Shown: piece by piece, positions 38,238 to 47,632 of the stretch
Position numbering within the stretch: the stretch's first letter is position 1
How the letters are laid out: each line of letters starts with the position of its first letter
DNA from: an uncultured Acidimicrobiales bacterium
GTDB taxonomy: Bacteria > Actinomycetota > Acidimicrobiia > Acidimicrobiales > VFJN01
Assembly: GCA_963842015.1 (NCBI GenBank)
Contig: CAWJFG010000026.1
Coordinates: 33,779 to 97,778 of the forward strand
DNA: 64,000 nt
Direction of reading: 5' to 3'
The notes under the pieces: generated by a model
What the model was told of the DNA's origin: nothing
What the model saw: the letters and a program-made list of their open reading frames with translations, nothing else
Databases searched by the model: none
Program-made: the position numbers and the translations under genes

Positions 38238-38280
38238 CGCAAACACAGCGCAAACGGGTGCAAAGCCGCGCGCCTTGACA
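38238..38280 (+). promoter_or_regulatory. three helically phased direct repeats (CGCAAAC / CGCAAAC / TGCAAAG, spacing 11 and 10 nt) abutting a consensus TTGACA
   Basis: Read directly: repeats at 38238, 38249 and 38259, and TTGACA at 38275-38280. This is about 90 nt upstream of the SARP GTG (38372). I found no clear -10 hexamer. Confidence 0.4.
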
Positions 38281-38371
38281 TGTGACAACCGGCTCTGGCC
38301 TGGGGATTCGTCAGGGTGGCAGACTGCGGCCCGCGCGGCGGAGAGGGCGGTCATCGACACCGAGGAGGCCG

Positions 38372-41300
38372 GTGCGACTGCAGATCACGCTCGCCGGCGA
38401 CGTGACCGTCGGGCGCGCCCCGGATGACGAGCGCGACGACGAGCGCGACGACGAGCGCGACGACCAGCGCGACGACGAGCGCGACGACGCCCGACTCACG
38501 GTGACCGGCCCACCGCGCATCGTGCTGGCGGCGCTCGTGCTGGAGCGCGAGGCACCGTTGGCCCGTGATCGCCTGGCCGGCATCGTCTGGCCCGAGGAGA
38601 TGCCTCGCACCTGGGCGTCGGCGCTGCGCACCTACGTCAGCCGGGCCCGGCTGGCGCTCACGCAGGTCCTGGGCGTCGGCGGCGAGGTCATCGCCTCGGG
38701 GGACGCCGGGTACCAGCTCGCCCTCCCCCACGACGTCGACCTCGTCATCGACGTCGAACGGGCCGCCGGCCTGCTCGACCGGGCTCGAGTCGGCCTCGCG
38801 GCCGATCCAGCGCTCGCCCTCGAGCACGCCCGTGCGGCTGCGGCCGCGGTGCGGGCGCCGTTCCTCGCGGGCCACCCGGGCCCCTGGGCCGACGACGTCC
38901 GGACCCGCATCGACGACCTCGTGGTCGGAGCGCTGCTCGTGGCCGGCGAGGCCGCCGCCGCGGTCGGCGACGGGCCGGGCGCCGTGGCGGCCGCGGAGGA
39001 GGCCACCCAGCGAGCGCCTCTGCACGAGGCCGCGCATCGGGCCCTCATGGCGGCCCACGACGCCGCGGGCAACCGGGCCGAGGCGTTGCGGGCGTACCAG
39101 CGGGCTCGGCGCCAGCTCGCGGACGAGCTCGGCGTCGATCCCTCGGCGGAGACCGAGGCCGCGTACCTCGGCCTGCTCGGGCCGGCGCCGCCGGCGCGGC
39201 CCGCACCCACGACGGACCCGGCGACCGCGGGTGCGGTGCGCCTCTGGCCCGGATCAGCCGGCCGGGCCGACGTGCCGTTCGTCGGACGCGAGGCCGAGCT
39301 GGGCGTGCTGGCCGCGGCCTGGGACCAGGCGTCACAGGGCGCCAGGCACGTCGTCGTCGTCACCGGCGAGGCCGGCATCGGCAAGTCACGCCTCGCCGGC
39401 GAAGCCGCGCTCCGCGTCGCCCGGGCCGGCGGGCAGGTCCTCTTCGGTCGATGCGACCAGGAGGCCATCGTCCCCTACCAGCCGATCGTGGAGGCGCTCG
39501 ACGCGGTCGTGGCGGCGACTCCGGCCGAGGACATGCCCCGCCTCGGCCCCGAGGCCACCGCGGAGCTGGCGGCCATCCTCCCCGCCGTCGGCGGCCCCAT
39601 CCGGCCGACACCACCCGACCGGGCGCGGCTCTTCGCCGCCGTCACCGACCTCGTCGCCACGCTCGCGGACACCCGACCGCTGCTGCTGGTCCTCGACGAT
39701 CTCCAATGGGCCGACGACGACACCCTGCTGCTCGTGCGCCACCTGCTCCGCCGGGCCGGATCGGCGCCCGTGCTGGTGGTGGCGATCTCTCGGGACCACG
39801 ACCTCGACCCCGGCAGTGCGCTCGCCGAGGTGGTGCACGCCCTCGACCGCGACGGGTGGGTCCGGCGGGTCGCGCTGCGCGGGCTCGAGGAGGGGGACGT
39901 GCGGCGCCTGCTCGGATACCTCCTCGGGGCCGGCGACCATCGCGCCGCGGCCCGGCGCGTGCTGGCCGAGACGGCGGGGAACCCCTTCCTCGTCACCGAG
40001 GTCGGCCTCGCCCGCGGGACGACCGCGGCCGGCGATGACGTCGATCCGGGCGAACTCGCCCGCGGGGAGATCCCCCAGGGCGTCCACGATCTGGTGACGT
40101 CCCGGCTCGGGCGCCTCGACGGCGGCGTCGTCGACCTGCTGCGGGCCGCCGCCGTCACCGGCGTGGGGTTCGACCTCGACATCGCCGGGGCGGTGGCCGG
40201 GCTCGACGGCGAGGCGGTGCTCGACGCGGTCGACGCCGCGCTGCGCACCGGGCTGATCGTCGAGGAGACGGCCGACCGGTACCGCTTCGCCCACGACATC
40301 GTGCGTCGCACCCTCGTGGCCCAGCTCAGCGCGGCGCGCCTGCGGGCGCTGCACCGGCGGACGGCCGACGCGGTCGAACGCCTGCGGGCGCGCGACGTCG
40401 ACGCCCAGGCCGCCGTCCTCGCTCACCACGCGGCCGCCGGCGCCGACCCGGGAGGAGACCTCCGGGCCGTGCTCTGGGCGCGCCGGGCGTCGGACCAGGC
40501 CGGGCGCCGCCGCGCGCCGGCCGAGGCGGCGCGGCTGTGCCGCCAGGCGCTGGCCCACATCCCACCCGACGACGATGCGCTGCTCGCCGAGGTGACCACA
40601 GACCTGGGTGCGGCCGAGCTGGCCGCGGGCGAGACGGGCGGGGCGACCACCCTCGCCGACGGGGCCATGCTCGCCCATCGCCTCGGGCGCCCGGATGTGG
40701 TCGGCCGCGCCGCCCTGGCCCTGGCCGACGCGGCCGAGGACCGGCCCGATCACCGCACGGCCGCCCGTGAGCTGGTCGACATGGCGCTGGCCGCCGCCCA
40801 GCCGCCGCCCAGCGACCCCGGGCGGACCGGAGTCGGCGGGAGCGGCGCGACGACGAGCGACCCGCTGCCGACGACGGCGACGCCGCGGTCCTCCGGGCGC
40901 AGCTGCTCGTGCGGCGCCTCCGCCTGGGGGCGCCCGCGGGGGGCGATCTCGGCGTGCCCGACGCGGCGCGGCTGCTCACCGCTCTCCACCGCCGCACGGC
41001 CGACCAGGGTGGGCCCGCCCACCTCGACGATCGCCGACGCTCGGCCGACGAGCTCGCCACGCTGGCGGACGCCGTGGGCGACGCGGGGTTCGCCGTCCTC
41101 GCTGCGCACCACCAGGCCATGGCGGCCGCCGAGAGCGGCGAGGAGGCCGTGGTCGACAAGGCGGTCGCGGTGCTCGAGGACGCCGCCCGGCGCGGCGACC
41201 GGTTCGCGGCGGCCATGCTGGCCGAACGGGCGGTGGCGGCCCTGACGGTCGAAGGCCGCCTCGAGGACGCCGGCCGCGCGCTCGACGCGGCCGTCGCCGC

Positions 41301-41871
41301 GGCGGCGGACGCCGTCGGGCCGCATCCCGGAGCGGGGCCGGGCGCGGAGGCCGGCCCTCACGTCGAGGCGGGGCTCCTGCTCGATCCGCCGGAGGGCGTG
41401 TTCGCCCGCCACCGTGTCGTGCTCGACTGGCTGGCCGGCGCGGACCCGCCGGCACGCGTGCTCGTCGCGCCCCTCCCCGATGGTGTCGACCGGCTGCACG
41501 CCCTCGCGGTCGCCGCCCTGGCGGCTACCGCCGGGAGCCGGCCGGCGGCGGTGACGGAGGTCCGCGCCGCGCTCGCGCCGTACGCCGATCGGACGTGCGG
41601 TGTCGGCTACCGGTGCTTCGCCGGATCGGCCAGCTTCCACCTGGGACGGCTGGCCGCCGCCGCGGGCGACTGGTCGGACGCCGAGAGGCACCTCCAGGCG
41701 GCGCTGCGCCACCACACGCTCCTCCGGGCCCGTCCGTGGGTGGCGCTCACGCAACGGGCGCTCGCCGAGGTGGTGGAGGCCCGCGGTCGCACGTCCGACC
41801 GCGACTGGATCGCCGGGCTCCGCTCCGAGGCCGACCACGTCACCTCGACCCTGGGCCTGCGAGCGGACTGA
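38372..41871 (+). pseudogene. SARP/AfsR-family regulator (OmpR-type wHTH + BTAD + AAA ATPase + TPR-like), frame change between about 40830 and 40900
   Basis: GTG 38372 follows GAGGAGG. BTAD hallmark ALRAYQRARRQLADELGVDPSAETEAAY. P-loop GEAGIGKSRL and Walker B LLLVLDDLQWADDDT. The C-terminal helical repeats continue in the 40909..41871 frame, while the original frame degenerates into Ser/Arg/Pro junk. Confidence 0.7.
38423..38488 (+). repeat. 12-nt tandem repeat, 5.5 copies (GACGACGAGCGC), encoding (DDER)n inside the SARP DNA-binding domain
   Basis: gatgacgagcgc gacgacgagcgc gacgacgagcgc gacgaccagcgc gacgacgagcgc gacgac, read directly. Translates to DDERDDERDDERDDQRDDERDD. Confidence 0.9.
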
Positions 41872-41876
41872 CAGCC

Positions 41877-42284
41877 GTGGACCCCGCGCTCGCCCGCCGG
41901 CGGGTGGTCGACGCCCGCGTGGCCCGGCTGGGCACGGTCACCGAGGACGGTCGCCCACACCTGGTGCCGTGCTGCTTCTCGCTCGTCGACGACACGGTGG
42001 TGACCGCCGTCGACGCCAAGCCGAAGTCGACGCTCGCCCTCCGGCGGCTCGCCAACGTGCGGGCGCACCCGACCGCCTCGGTGCTGGTGGACCACTACGA
42101 CGACGCCGACTGGTCGCTGCTGTGGTGGGTCCGCGTCGACGGCACCGCACGGGTGCTCGACCACGGTGCCGAACGCGAGCGGGCGCTCGCCGCCCTGGTG
42201 TCCAAGTACGCCCAGTACCGGCGCACGCCCCCGCCGGGCGCGGTCATCGCCGTCGACATCTCCGCCTGGCGCGCCTGGCCCTGA
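41877..42284 (+). CDS. PPOX-class F420-dependent oxidoreductase (pyridoxamine 5'-phosphate oxidase fold)
   Basis: GTG 41877, 135 aa. ARLGTVTEDGRPHLVPCCFSLVDDTVVTAVDAKPKS...ASVLVDHYDDADWSLLWWVRVDG matches the actinobacterial F420-linked PPOX family pattern. Confidence 0.75.
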   Translation: MDPALARRRVVDARVARLGTVTEDGRPHLVPCCFSLVDDTVVTAVDAKPKSTLALRRLANVRAHPTASVLVDHYDDADWSLLWWVRVDGTARVLDHGAERERALAALVSKYAQYRRTPPPGAVIAVDISAWRAWP

Positions 42285-42301
42285 CGCCCCGGGGACCGAG
42301 G

Positions 42302-43201
42302 TCAGGCCAGCGGGTCGGCGAACGGATCGGCGCCGGGCCCGCCCGGGCCGCCGAACGGATCCTCGATCGCCGGTCGGACCGACACCGGCGTGCCCTCGTC
42401 CTCGCCCGCCAGCTCGGGGCCGAGCAGCCCCGCGTAGCCGCGATCCTCGAGCTCGAGCGCCAGCTCGGGGCCTCCGGACCGCACGATCATGCCCTTGGCC
42501 AGCACGTGGACGACATCGGCCCGCAGCTCGTGCAGCAGCCGGCTGTAGTGGGTGATCGCCAGCACCCCCAGCCCGGTGCCGCCGTCCGCGACCGGCTGGG
42601 TCTCGGCCTCGATGCGGCGGGCGCAGGCCCGCAGCGCGTCGACGTCGAGGCCGGAGTCCAGCTCGTCCAGCAGCGCGATCGCCGGGCGCAGCACGCCGAG
42701 CTGCAGCGTCTCGTTCTTCTTCTTCTCGCCGCCCGACAGGTCGACGTTGAGCGGGCGGTCGATCAGCCGGGGATCGAGGGCCAGCCGCTCGGCCTCCGCC
42801 GCGATCTCGGCGGTGATGTCGTCGGACCGGCGGCCGGCGGTCCGCGCCGAGGTCTGGAGCAGGTCGTACAGCGACACGCCCGGCACCTCGGTGGGGTACT
42901 GCAGGGCGAGGAACAGGCCCGCCTGCGCCCGCTCCCACGGCGCCAGCGCCAGCATGTCGACCCCGTCGAGCCGCACCGATCCGCCCGTGACCTCGTAGCC
43001 CGGCCGCCCCATCAGGACGTGGGCGAGGGTGGACTTGCCCGAGCCGTTGGGACCCATGACGGCGTGGACCTCGCCCGAGCGCACGACCAGGTCGACGCCC
43101 CGCAGGATCTCCTTGCCGGCCACGCCGGCGCGCAGGCCGGCCACCTCGAGCACGTGCTCGGTCGTCCCCACGGCAGGGTCGGCCGTCGTCATGTCAGTCA
43201 T
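42302..43201 (-). CDS. sufC: Fe-S cluster assembly ATPase SufC (copy 2, in the sufBD operon)
   Basis: GPNGSGKSTL, LSGGEKKKNETLQ, LLDELDSGLDVDAL, ITHYSRLL. Gly/Pro/Asp-rich C-terminal tail. Confidence 0.9.
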   Translation of the reverse strand: MTDMTTADPAVGTTEHVLEVAGLRAGVAGKEILRGVDLVVRSGEVHAVMGPNGSGKSTLAHVLMGRPGYEVTGGSVRLDGVDMLALAPWERAQAGLFLALQYPTEVPGVSLYDLLQTSARTAGRRSDDITAEIAAEAERLALDPRLIDRPLNVDLSGGEKKKNETLQLGVLRPAIALLDELDSGLDVDALRACARRIEAETQPVADGGTGLGVLAITHYSRLLHELRADVVHVLAKGMIVRSGGPELALELEDRGYAGLLGPELAGEDEGTPVSVRPAIEDPFGGPGGPGADPFADPLA

Positions 43202-43511
43202 CGAGCACCACCACGATCTGGCCGTCGTCGACCCGCACGTCGTACACCGGGACAGGGCGCGTGGCGGGCAGCGTCAGCGCCTCGCCCGTCTCGACCGAGA
43301 AGGCGCTGCCGTGCTTCCAGCACTCGACCGTGCGCTCGTCGGGGTCGATCTCGCCTTCGGACAGCGAGATGTTCTGGTGCGAGCAGGTGTCGCCGATGGC
43401 GTACACGTCGTCGCCGATGCGGATCACCGCGACCGGTTGCCCAGCCACGTCGAAGCGGCGGGCCGAACCTGGCGCCAGCTCGTCGAGGGGGCACAGCGGC
43501 AGCTTCGGCAC
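43194..43511 (-). CDS. Rieske (2Fe-2S) ferredoxin-type protein
   Basis: 105 aa with CSH...(17)...CWKHG Rieske ligands. The GTG start overlaps the sufD stop by 1 nt, and the 3' end overlaps the sufC start by 8 nt. Confidence 0.85.
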   Translation of the reverse strand: MPKLPLCPLDELAPGSARRFDVAGQPVAVIRIGDDVYAIGDTCSHQNISLSEGEIDPDERTVECWKHGSAFSVETGEALTLPATRPVPVYDVRVDDGQIVVVLDD

Positions 43512-44790
43512 TATGCGTCCTTCCGCTCGAACTTGGCCGCCACCGTGCGCCGGAGCAGCGCTGCCACGCCGGCGACGGGCAGGCGGGTCAGCACCTCGTC
43601 GAAGAAGCCGCTGACGATCAGCCGCTCGGCTTCGTCCGTCGGCACGCCGCGGCTCTCGAGGTAGAAGCGCTGCTCCTCGTCGACCGGACCGACCGCCGAG
43701 GCATGGCTGCAGCGCACGTCGTTGTTCTCGATGACGAGGTTGGGGACCGACTCGGCCCAGGCGCCGTCGGACAGCTTCACGTTGCGGTTCGTCTGGAAGG
43801 CGTTGGTGCCCCGGGCCTGCTTCCCCACCCGGATCATGCCCGTGTACACCGACCGCGACCGGCCGCCGCCGGCCCCCTTGAAGAGCAGGTTCGACGTGCA
43901 GTCGGGGGCGATGTGGTCTTGGAAGGTGCGGAAGTCGAGCGTCTGGTCGCCCTCGCCGAAGTAGACGGCGTCGAGCTCGCCGGTCGCGCCCCGGCCCACC
44001 ATGCGGCAGTCGGTGCGCAGCCGGGCGTAGTCGCCGCCGAACGCGATGCTCGTCGAGCGCAGCGTCGCTTCCGCCTCGACGAGCGAGACCTGCTGGCCGA
44101 TCTGCCAGGCGGCCATGCCGAGCTGCTGGGCGGTGACATGGCCGACGCGAGCGGCCCGCCCGGCCAGGATCTCGGTGACCGGCACGACGAGCACCCGCTC
44201 GTCGGACGAGGCCTGCACCTCGAGCACCGACACGTCGCTGTCGGCGCCGGCCCGGACCACCAGGTGGGGGAAGGCGGCCGTGCCCTCGCCGGCCGTCACG
44301 TGCACGACGACGACGGCGCCCGGCACCGTGACCCCGGCCGGGACGTCGACGACGATCGGATCGCCGACGAAGGCGTCGTGCAGGGCCACGAAGGCGTCGG
44401 GTGCGTCGCCGATCGCCGCGCCCACCACGTCGGCGTGGTGATCGCCGGCGACGCCGACACGGACGCCCTTGGCGACGAGGCCCTCGTCGATGTCGACCGA
44501 CACGACCCGCCCGTTGGCCACGACGACGGTCGCGGCCCGCTCGGGCACGGCCTCGACCAGGGCCCGGGCACCGGCCGGCACGACCACGTCGCCGGCGCCG
44601 CGGGGGCAGCCGGAGCGAAGCTGTCGAGGGCCAGCTCGTCGATGCGGCTGTAGCGCCAGATCTCCTCTTCGGTCGACGGCAGCTCCGCGCCTGCGAACGC
44701 GGCCGCCGCGACGGCGCGCCTCGCCTGCAGCCAGGACGAGCCGTCGAGCGCGGCAGAGGCGTCAGCAGTGAAGGTGCTCAGCGTGAGGTC
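43511..44790 (-). pseudogene. sufD: Fe-S cluster assembly protein SufD, frame change at about 44600-44612
   Basis: Frame 43511..44587 holds the SufD beta-helix core and C-terminus. The conserved N-terminus (FTADASAALDGSSWLQARR...LPSTEEEIWRYSRIDELALDSF) is in the 44296..44877 frame. The junction lies at a CCCCC run. No canonical start codon is obvious near 44781-44790. Confidence 0.75.
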
Positions 44791-44944
44791 CTTTCGCAGC
44801 TCGTCCGCACAGTGCGGGCGCCGCGGCCAGGGACGGTCCAGCCTACCGGCGCGCCCGCGACCCTCCCAAGGCCACACGTACGGCAGTTCGGACTCGAGGG
44901 CGCGGTACCCCGCGAGGCGCCGCCCGCCAGGCCGGATCGATCGT

Positions 44945-45301
44945 CTACTTGCGCCGGAGCCAGCGACGCCAGCGCGGGATCTCGTCGCGCCGGCGCTCCG
45001 CGTGCACGTCGGCCATGACGTCGGGTCCGACGGCGTTCACGATCTCCTCCGCCTCGTCGAGGAGGCGGGCGACCGACCCGTCGTCGCGGTCGAGCGCGCC
45101 CAGGGGCTCGTCGGGCGTCCTCGGCGTGACCAGCGTGCCGTGCGCCCAGTTCACGTCGGCCATGCGCCGCTCGTAGCGCGGGCAGTCGGCCGGGCAGCGC
45201 CAGGGGGCCTCGGGCGCGAGGTCGAGATCGCACTTCCGCACGGTCTCGCCGTTGCGGTACGTCCTCGACTCGAAGTGCTTGCAGTCCTGGCGCATCGGCA
45301 C
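44945..45301 (-). CDS. conserved-looking 4-Cys protein with basic C-terminal tail, embedded between sufB and sufD
   Basis: 118 aa. Essentially every third position is G/C. Cys at residues 7, 24, 36 and 40 (C-x16-C-x11-C-x3-C). C-terminus RRRDEIPRWRRWLRRK. Confidence 0.7.
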   Translation of the reverse strand: MPMRQDCKHFESRTYRNGETVRKCDLDLAPEAPWRCPADCPRYERRMADVNWAHGTLVTPRTPDEPLGALDRDDGSVARLLDEAEEIVNAVGPDVMADVHAERRRDEIPRWRRWLRRK

Positions 45302-45406
45302 GCCATCATTGTGCCAGCGACCAGCCCCGATGCCGCGTCAGGGCCACCCGCTCGGCGCAGTTGTAACGAAACGCTCAGGGAGGCTCGACGCCGACCCCGT
45401 GCTCGC

Positions 45407-46804
45407 TCAGCCGACCGAGCCCTCCATCTGCAGCTCGATGAGCCGGCTCCACTCGACCGCGTACTCCATGGGCAGGGTGCGGGTGACCGGCTCGATGAAC
45501 CCGTTCACCACCATGCTCATGGCCTGCTCCTCGGACAGCCCGCGGCTCATCAGGTAGAAGAGCTGCTCGTCGGCGACCTTGGAGACCGTGGCCTCGTGGC
45601 CGATGTCGGCGTCGCGGGCACCGACCTCCATGTAGGGGAAGGTGTCGCTGACCGAGTCCTCGTCGAGGATGAGCGCGTCGCACTGCACGTGGCTCTTGCA
45701 GCCGTAGGCGTCGTCCTCGACCCGGACGAGGCCGCGGTACGAGGTGCGCCCGCCGTCCTTGGAGATCGACTTCGACACGATCTTGGAGGTGGTCTCGGGG
45801 GCGGCGTGCACCATCTTGGCGCCGGCGTCCTGGTGCTGGCCGGGACCGGCGTAGGCCACCGACAGGACCTCGCCCGACGCCTTGGGGCCGACCATGTAGA
45901 CCGCGGGGTACTTCATGGTGAGGCGCGAGCCGATGTTGCCGTCGATCCACTCCATGTGGCCCTCGGCCTCGACCCGGGCCCGCTTCGTGACCAGGTTGAA
46001 CACGTTGTTCGACCAGTTCTGGATGGTCGTGTACGTGACGCGGGCGCTCGGCTTGACCACGATCTCGACCACGGCCGAGTGCAGCGAGTCGGTGGTGTAC
46101 ACGGGGGCCGAGCAGCCCTCGATGTAGTGCACCTTCGAGCCCTCGTCTGCGATGATCAGCGTGCGCTCGAACTGGCCCATGTTCTCCGCGTTGATGCGGA
46201 AGTAGGCCTGGAGCGGCATCTCGACCTCGACGCCGGGCGGCACGTAGATGAACGATCCGCCCGACCACACCGAGGTGTTCAGCGCCGCGAACTTGTTGTC
46301 GTTGCGCGGGATGATCGTGCCGAAGTACTGCTTGACCAGCTCGGGGTACTCGCGCAGCGCCGTGTCCATGTCGCAGAAGATGACGCCCTGGCGCTCGAGG
46401 TCCTCGCGGTTGCGGTGGAAGACGACCTCGGACTCGTACTGGGCCGTGACGCCGGCGAGGTACTTGCGCTCGGCCTCGGGGATGCCCAGCTTCTCGTAGG
46501 TGTTCTTGATCGAGTCGGGCAGCTCGTCCCACTCGTCGACCTGCTCGGAGGTCGGCTTGACGTAGTAGTAGATGTCGTCGATGAAGATCTCGGACATGTC
46601 GCCGCCCCACGTCGGCATGGGGCGCTTCCGGAAGTGGTCGAGCGACTTCAGCCGGTTCTTCAGCATCCAGTCGGGCTCGCCCTTCATCCACGACATCTCG
46701 CGGACGATCTCTTCGTTCAGGCCCTTCTTGGGCTTGAACACGTAGTTCTCTTCGTCGGACCAGCCGAGCTTGTAGCGCCCCAGGTCGAGATCGGCGACTG
46801 CCAT
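45407..46804 (-). CDS. sufB: Fe-S cluster assembly protein SufB
   Basis: 465 aa of highly conserved SufB sequence ([47 protein letters not shown]). Confidence 0.95.
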   Translation of the reverse strand: MAVADLDLGRYKLGWSDEENYVFKPKKGLNEEIVREMSWMKGEPDWMLKNRLKSLDHFRKRPMPTWGGDMSEIFIDDIYYYVKPTSEQVDEWDELPDSIKNTYEKLGIPEAERKYLAGVTAQYESEVVFHRNREDLERQGVIFCDMDTALREYPELVKQYFGTIIPRNDNKFAALNTSVWSGGSFIYVPPGVEVEMPLQAYFRINAENMGQFERTLIIADEGSKVHYIEGCSAPVYTTDSLHSAVVEIVVKPSARVTYTTIQNWSNNVFNLVTKRARVEAEGHMEWIDGNIGSRLTMKYPAVYMVGPKASGEVLSVAYAGPGQHQDAGAKMVHAAPETTSKIVSKSISKDGGRTSYRGLVRVEDDAYGCKSHVQCDALILDEDSVSDTFPYMEVGARDADIGHEATVSKVADEQLFYLMSRGLSEEQAMSMVVNGFIEPVTRTLPMEYAVEWSRLIELQMEGSVG

Positions 46805-46881
46805 GCGTGTCCCTCCGGACGGATTCCCGACGCCGACGCGGAACCATGGCGTGCTGGCGGCTGGCCGGGGCAGGCGGACGA

Positions 46882-46907
46882 ATTTCTCCTACGGCGATAG
46901 TAGCAAT
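46882..46907. promoter_or_regulatory. candidate operator (suf box B): ATTTCTCCTA-N6-TAGTAGCAAT
   Basis: Half-sites are 8/10 self-complementary. The first 12 nt are identical to box A at 21051. It lies 78 nt upstream of the sufB ATG and 106 nt upstream of the divergent TetR gene. Confidence 0.5.
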
Positions 46908-47012
46908 CCCCCGTCTGGCCTCCACCACCACCGGCGTCGCGGCCCACGCTGTCACCCCGGTGCGTAGCGGCACCGCTGCGCGTGGTCGCCGTCGACGTGC
47001 CATGCTGGCCCG

Positions 47013-47615
47013 ATGCCGACGCCTGCCCGGCCCCGCACGCCGAATCGCCCCGCGACCGAGGCCGCGCTGCAGACCGCGGCGATCGAGCTGCTCGAGCGCA
47101 ACGGGGTGCTGGCCGGGCTCAACCTCCGCGAGGTCGCCGACGAGGCCGGCGTGAACCGCGGCCTCGTGTACCACTACTTCGGGACCCGCCGCGACCTGTT
47201 GCGCTCGGCGCTGCGCCGCGACGTCGAGCAGCGCCTCGCCGACTTCGCGCCCGGCGCTGGACAGTCGGCCCCCGCCCGCTACGAGCGGTTCCTCCACACG
47301 GCGCTGGGCCACCGGCAGGCGATCGTCCTCGCCCTGCTCCTCGTCCTCGACGGCGACAAGAGCGTGCGCATGGTCCCGGACCCCGACGGCGTGCGCGAGC
47401 GGTTGGGGCGTGACCTGGACGACGGGACGTTGGCCCACGACGTCGACCCCGACGGGGTGCACGCGGCCATGGCCTCGCTCATCTACGGCTACACCGCACT
47501 GCGCGACCGGCTCGCCGACGAGCTGTCGGTCGACGTCGAGCGGCTCGACGAGCAGGTCGCCGCGACCGTCGGCCGCATGTTCGCCCAGCTCGTGCCGGAC
47601 GTCGCCCCCGCCTGA
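47013..47615 (+). CDS. TetR/AcrR-family transcriptional regulator
   Basis: The N-terminal HTH LREVADEAGVNRGLVYHYFGTRRDLL is a TetR hallmark. 200 aa. Divergent from sufB. Confidence 0.85.
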   Translation: MPTPARPRTPNRPATEAALQTAAIELLERNGVLAGLNLREVADEAGVNRGLVYHYFGTRRDLLRSALRRDVEQRLADFAPGAGQSAPARYERFLHTALGHRQAIVLALLLVLDGDKSVRMVPDPDGVRERLGRDLDDGTLAHDVDPDGVHAAMASLIYGYTALRDRLADELSVDVERLDEQVAATVGRMFAQLVPDVAPA

Positions 47616-47632
47616 CGCAGGCGAGCGGGACG

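Noticed and set aside
38423-38488. Possible CRISPR-like or intergenic repeat array
   Set aside because: The units are only 12 nt, directly abutting with no spacers, and in frame inside a CDS. This is a coding microsatellite, not a CRISPR array.
41600-46900. Long plus-strand ORFs 41600..44653 and 44768..46900 opposite the sufC/Rieske/sufD/sufB operon
   Set aside because: They are antisense shadows. SufB, SufC, SufD and Rieske signatures are unambiguous on the minus strand.
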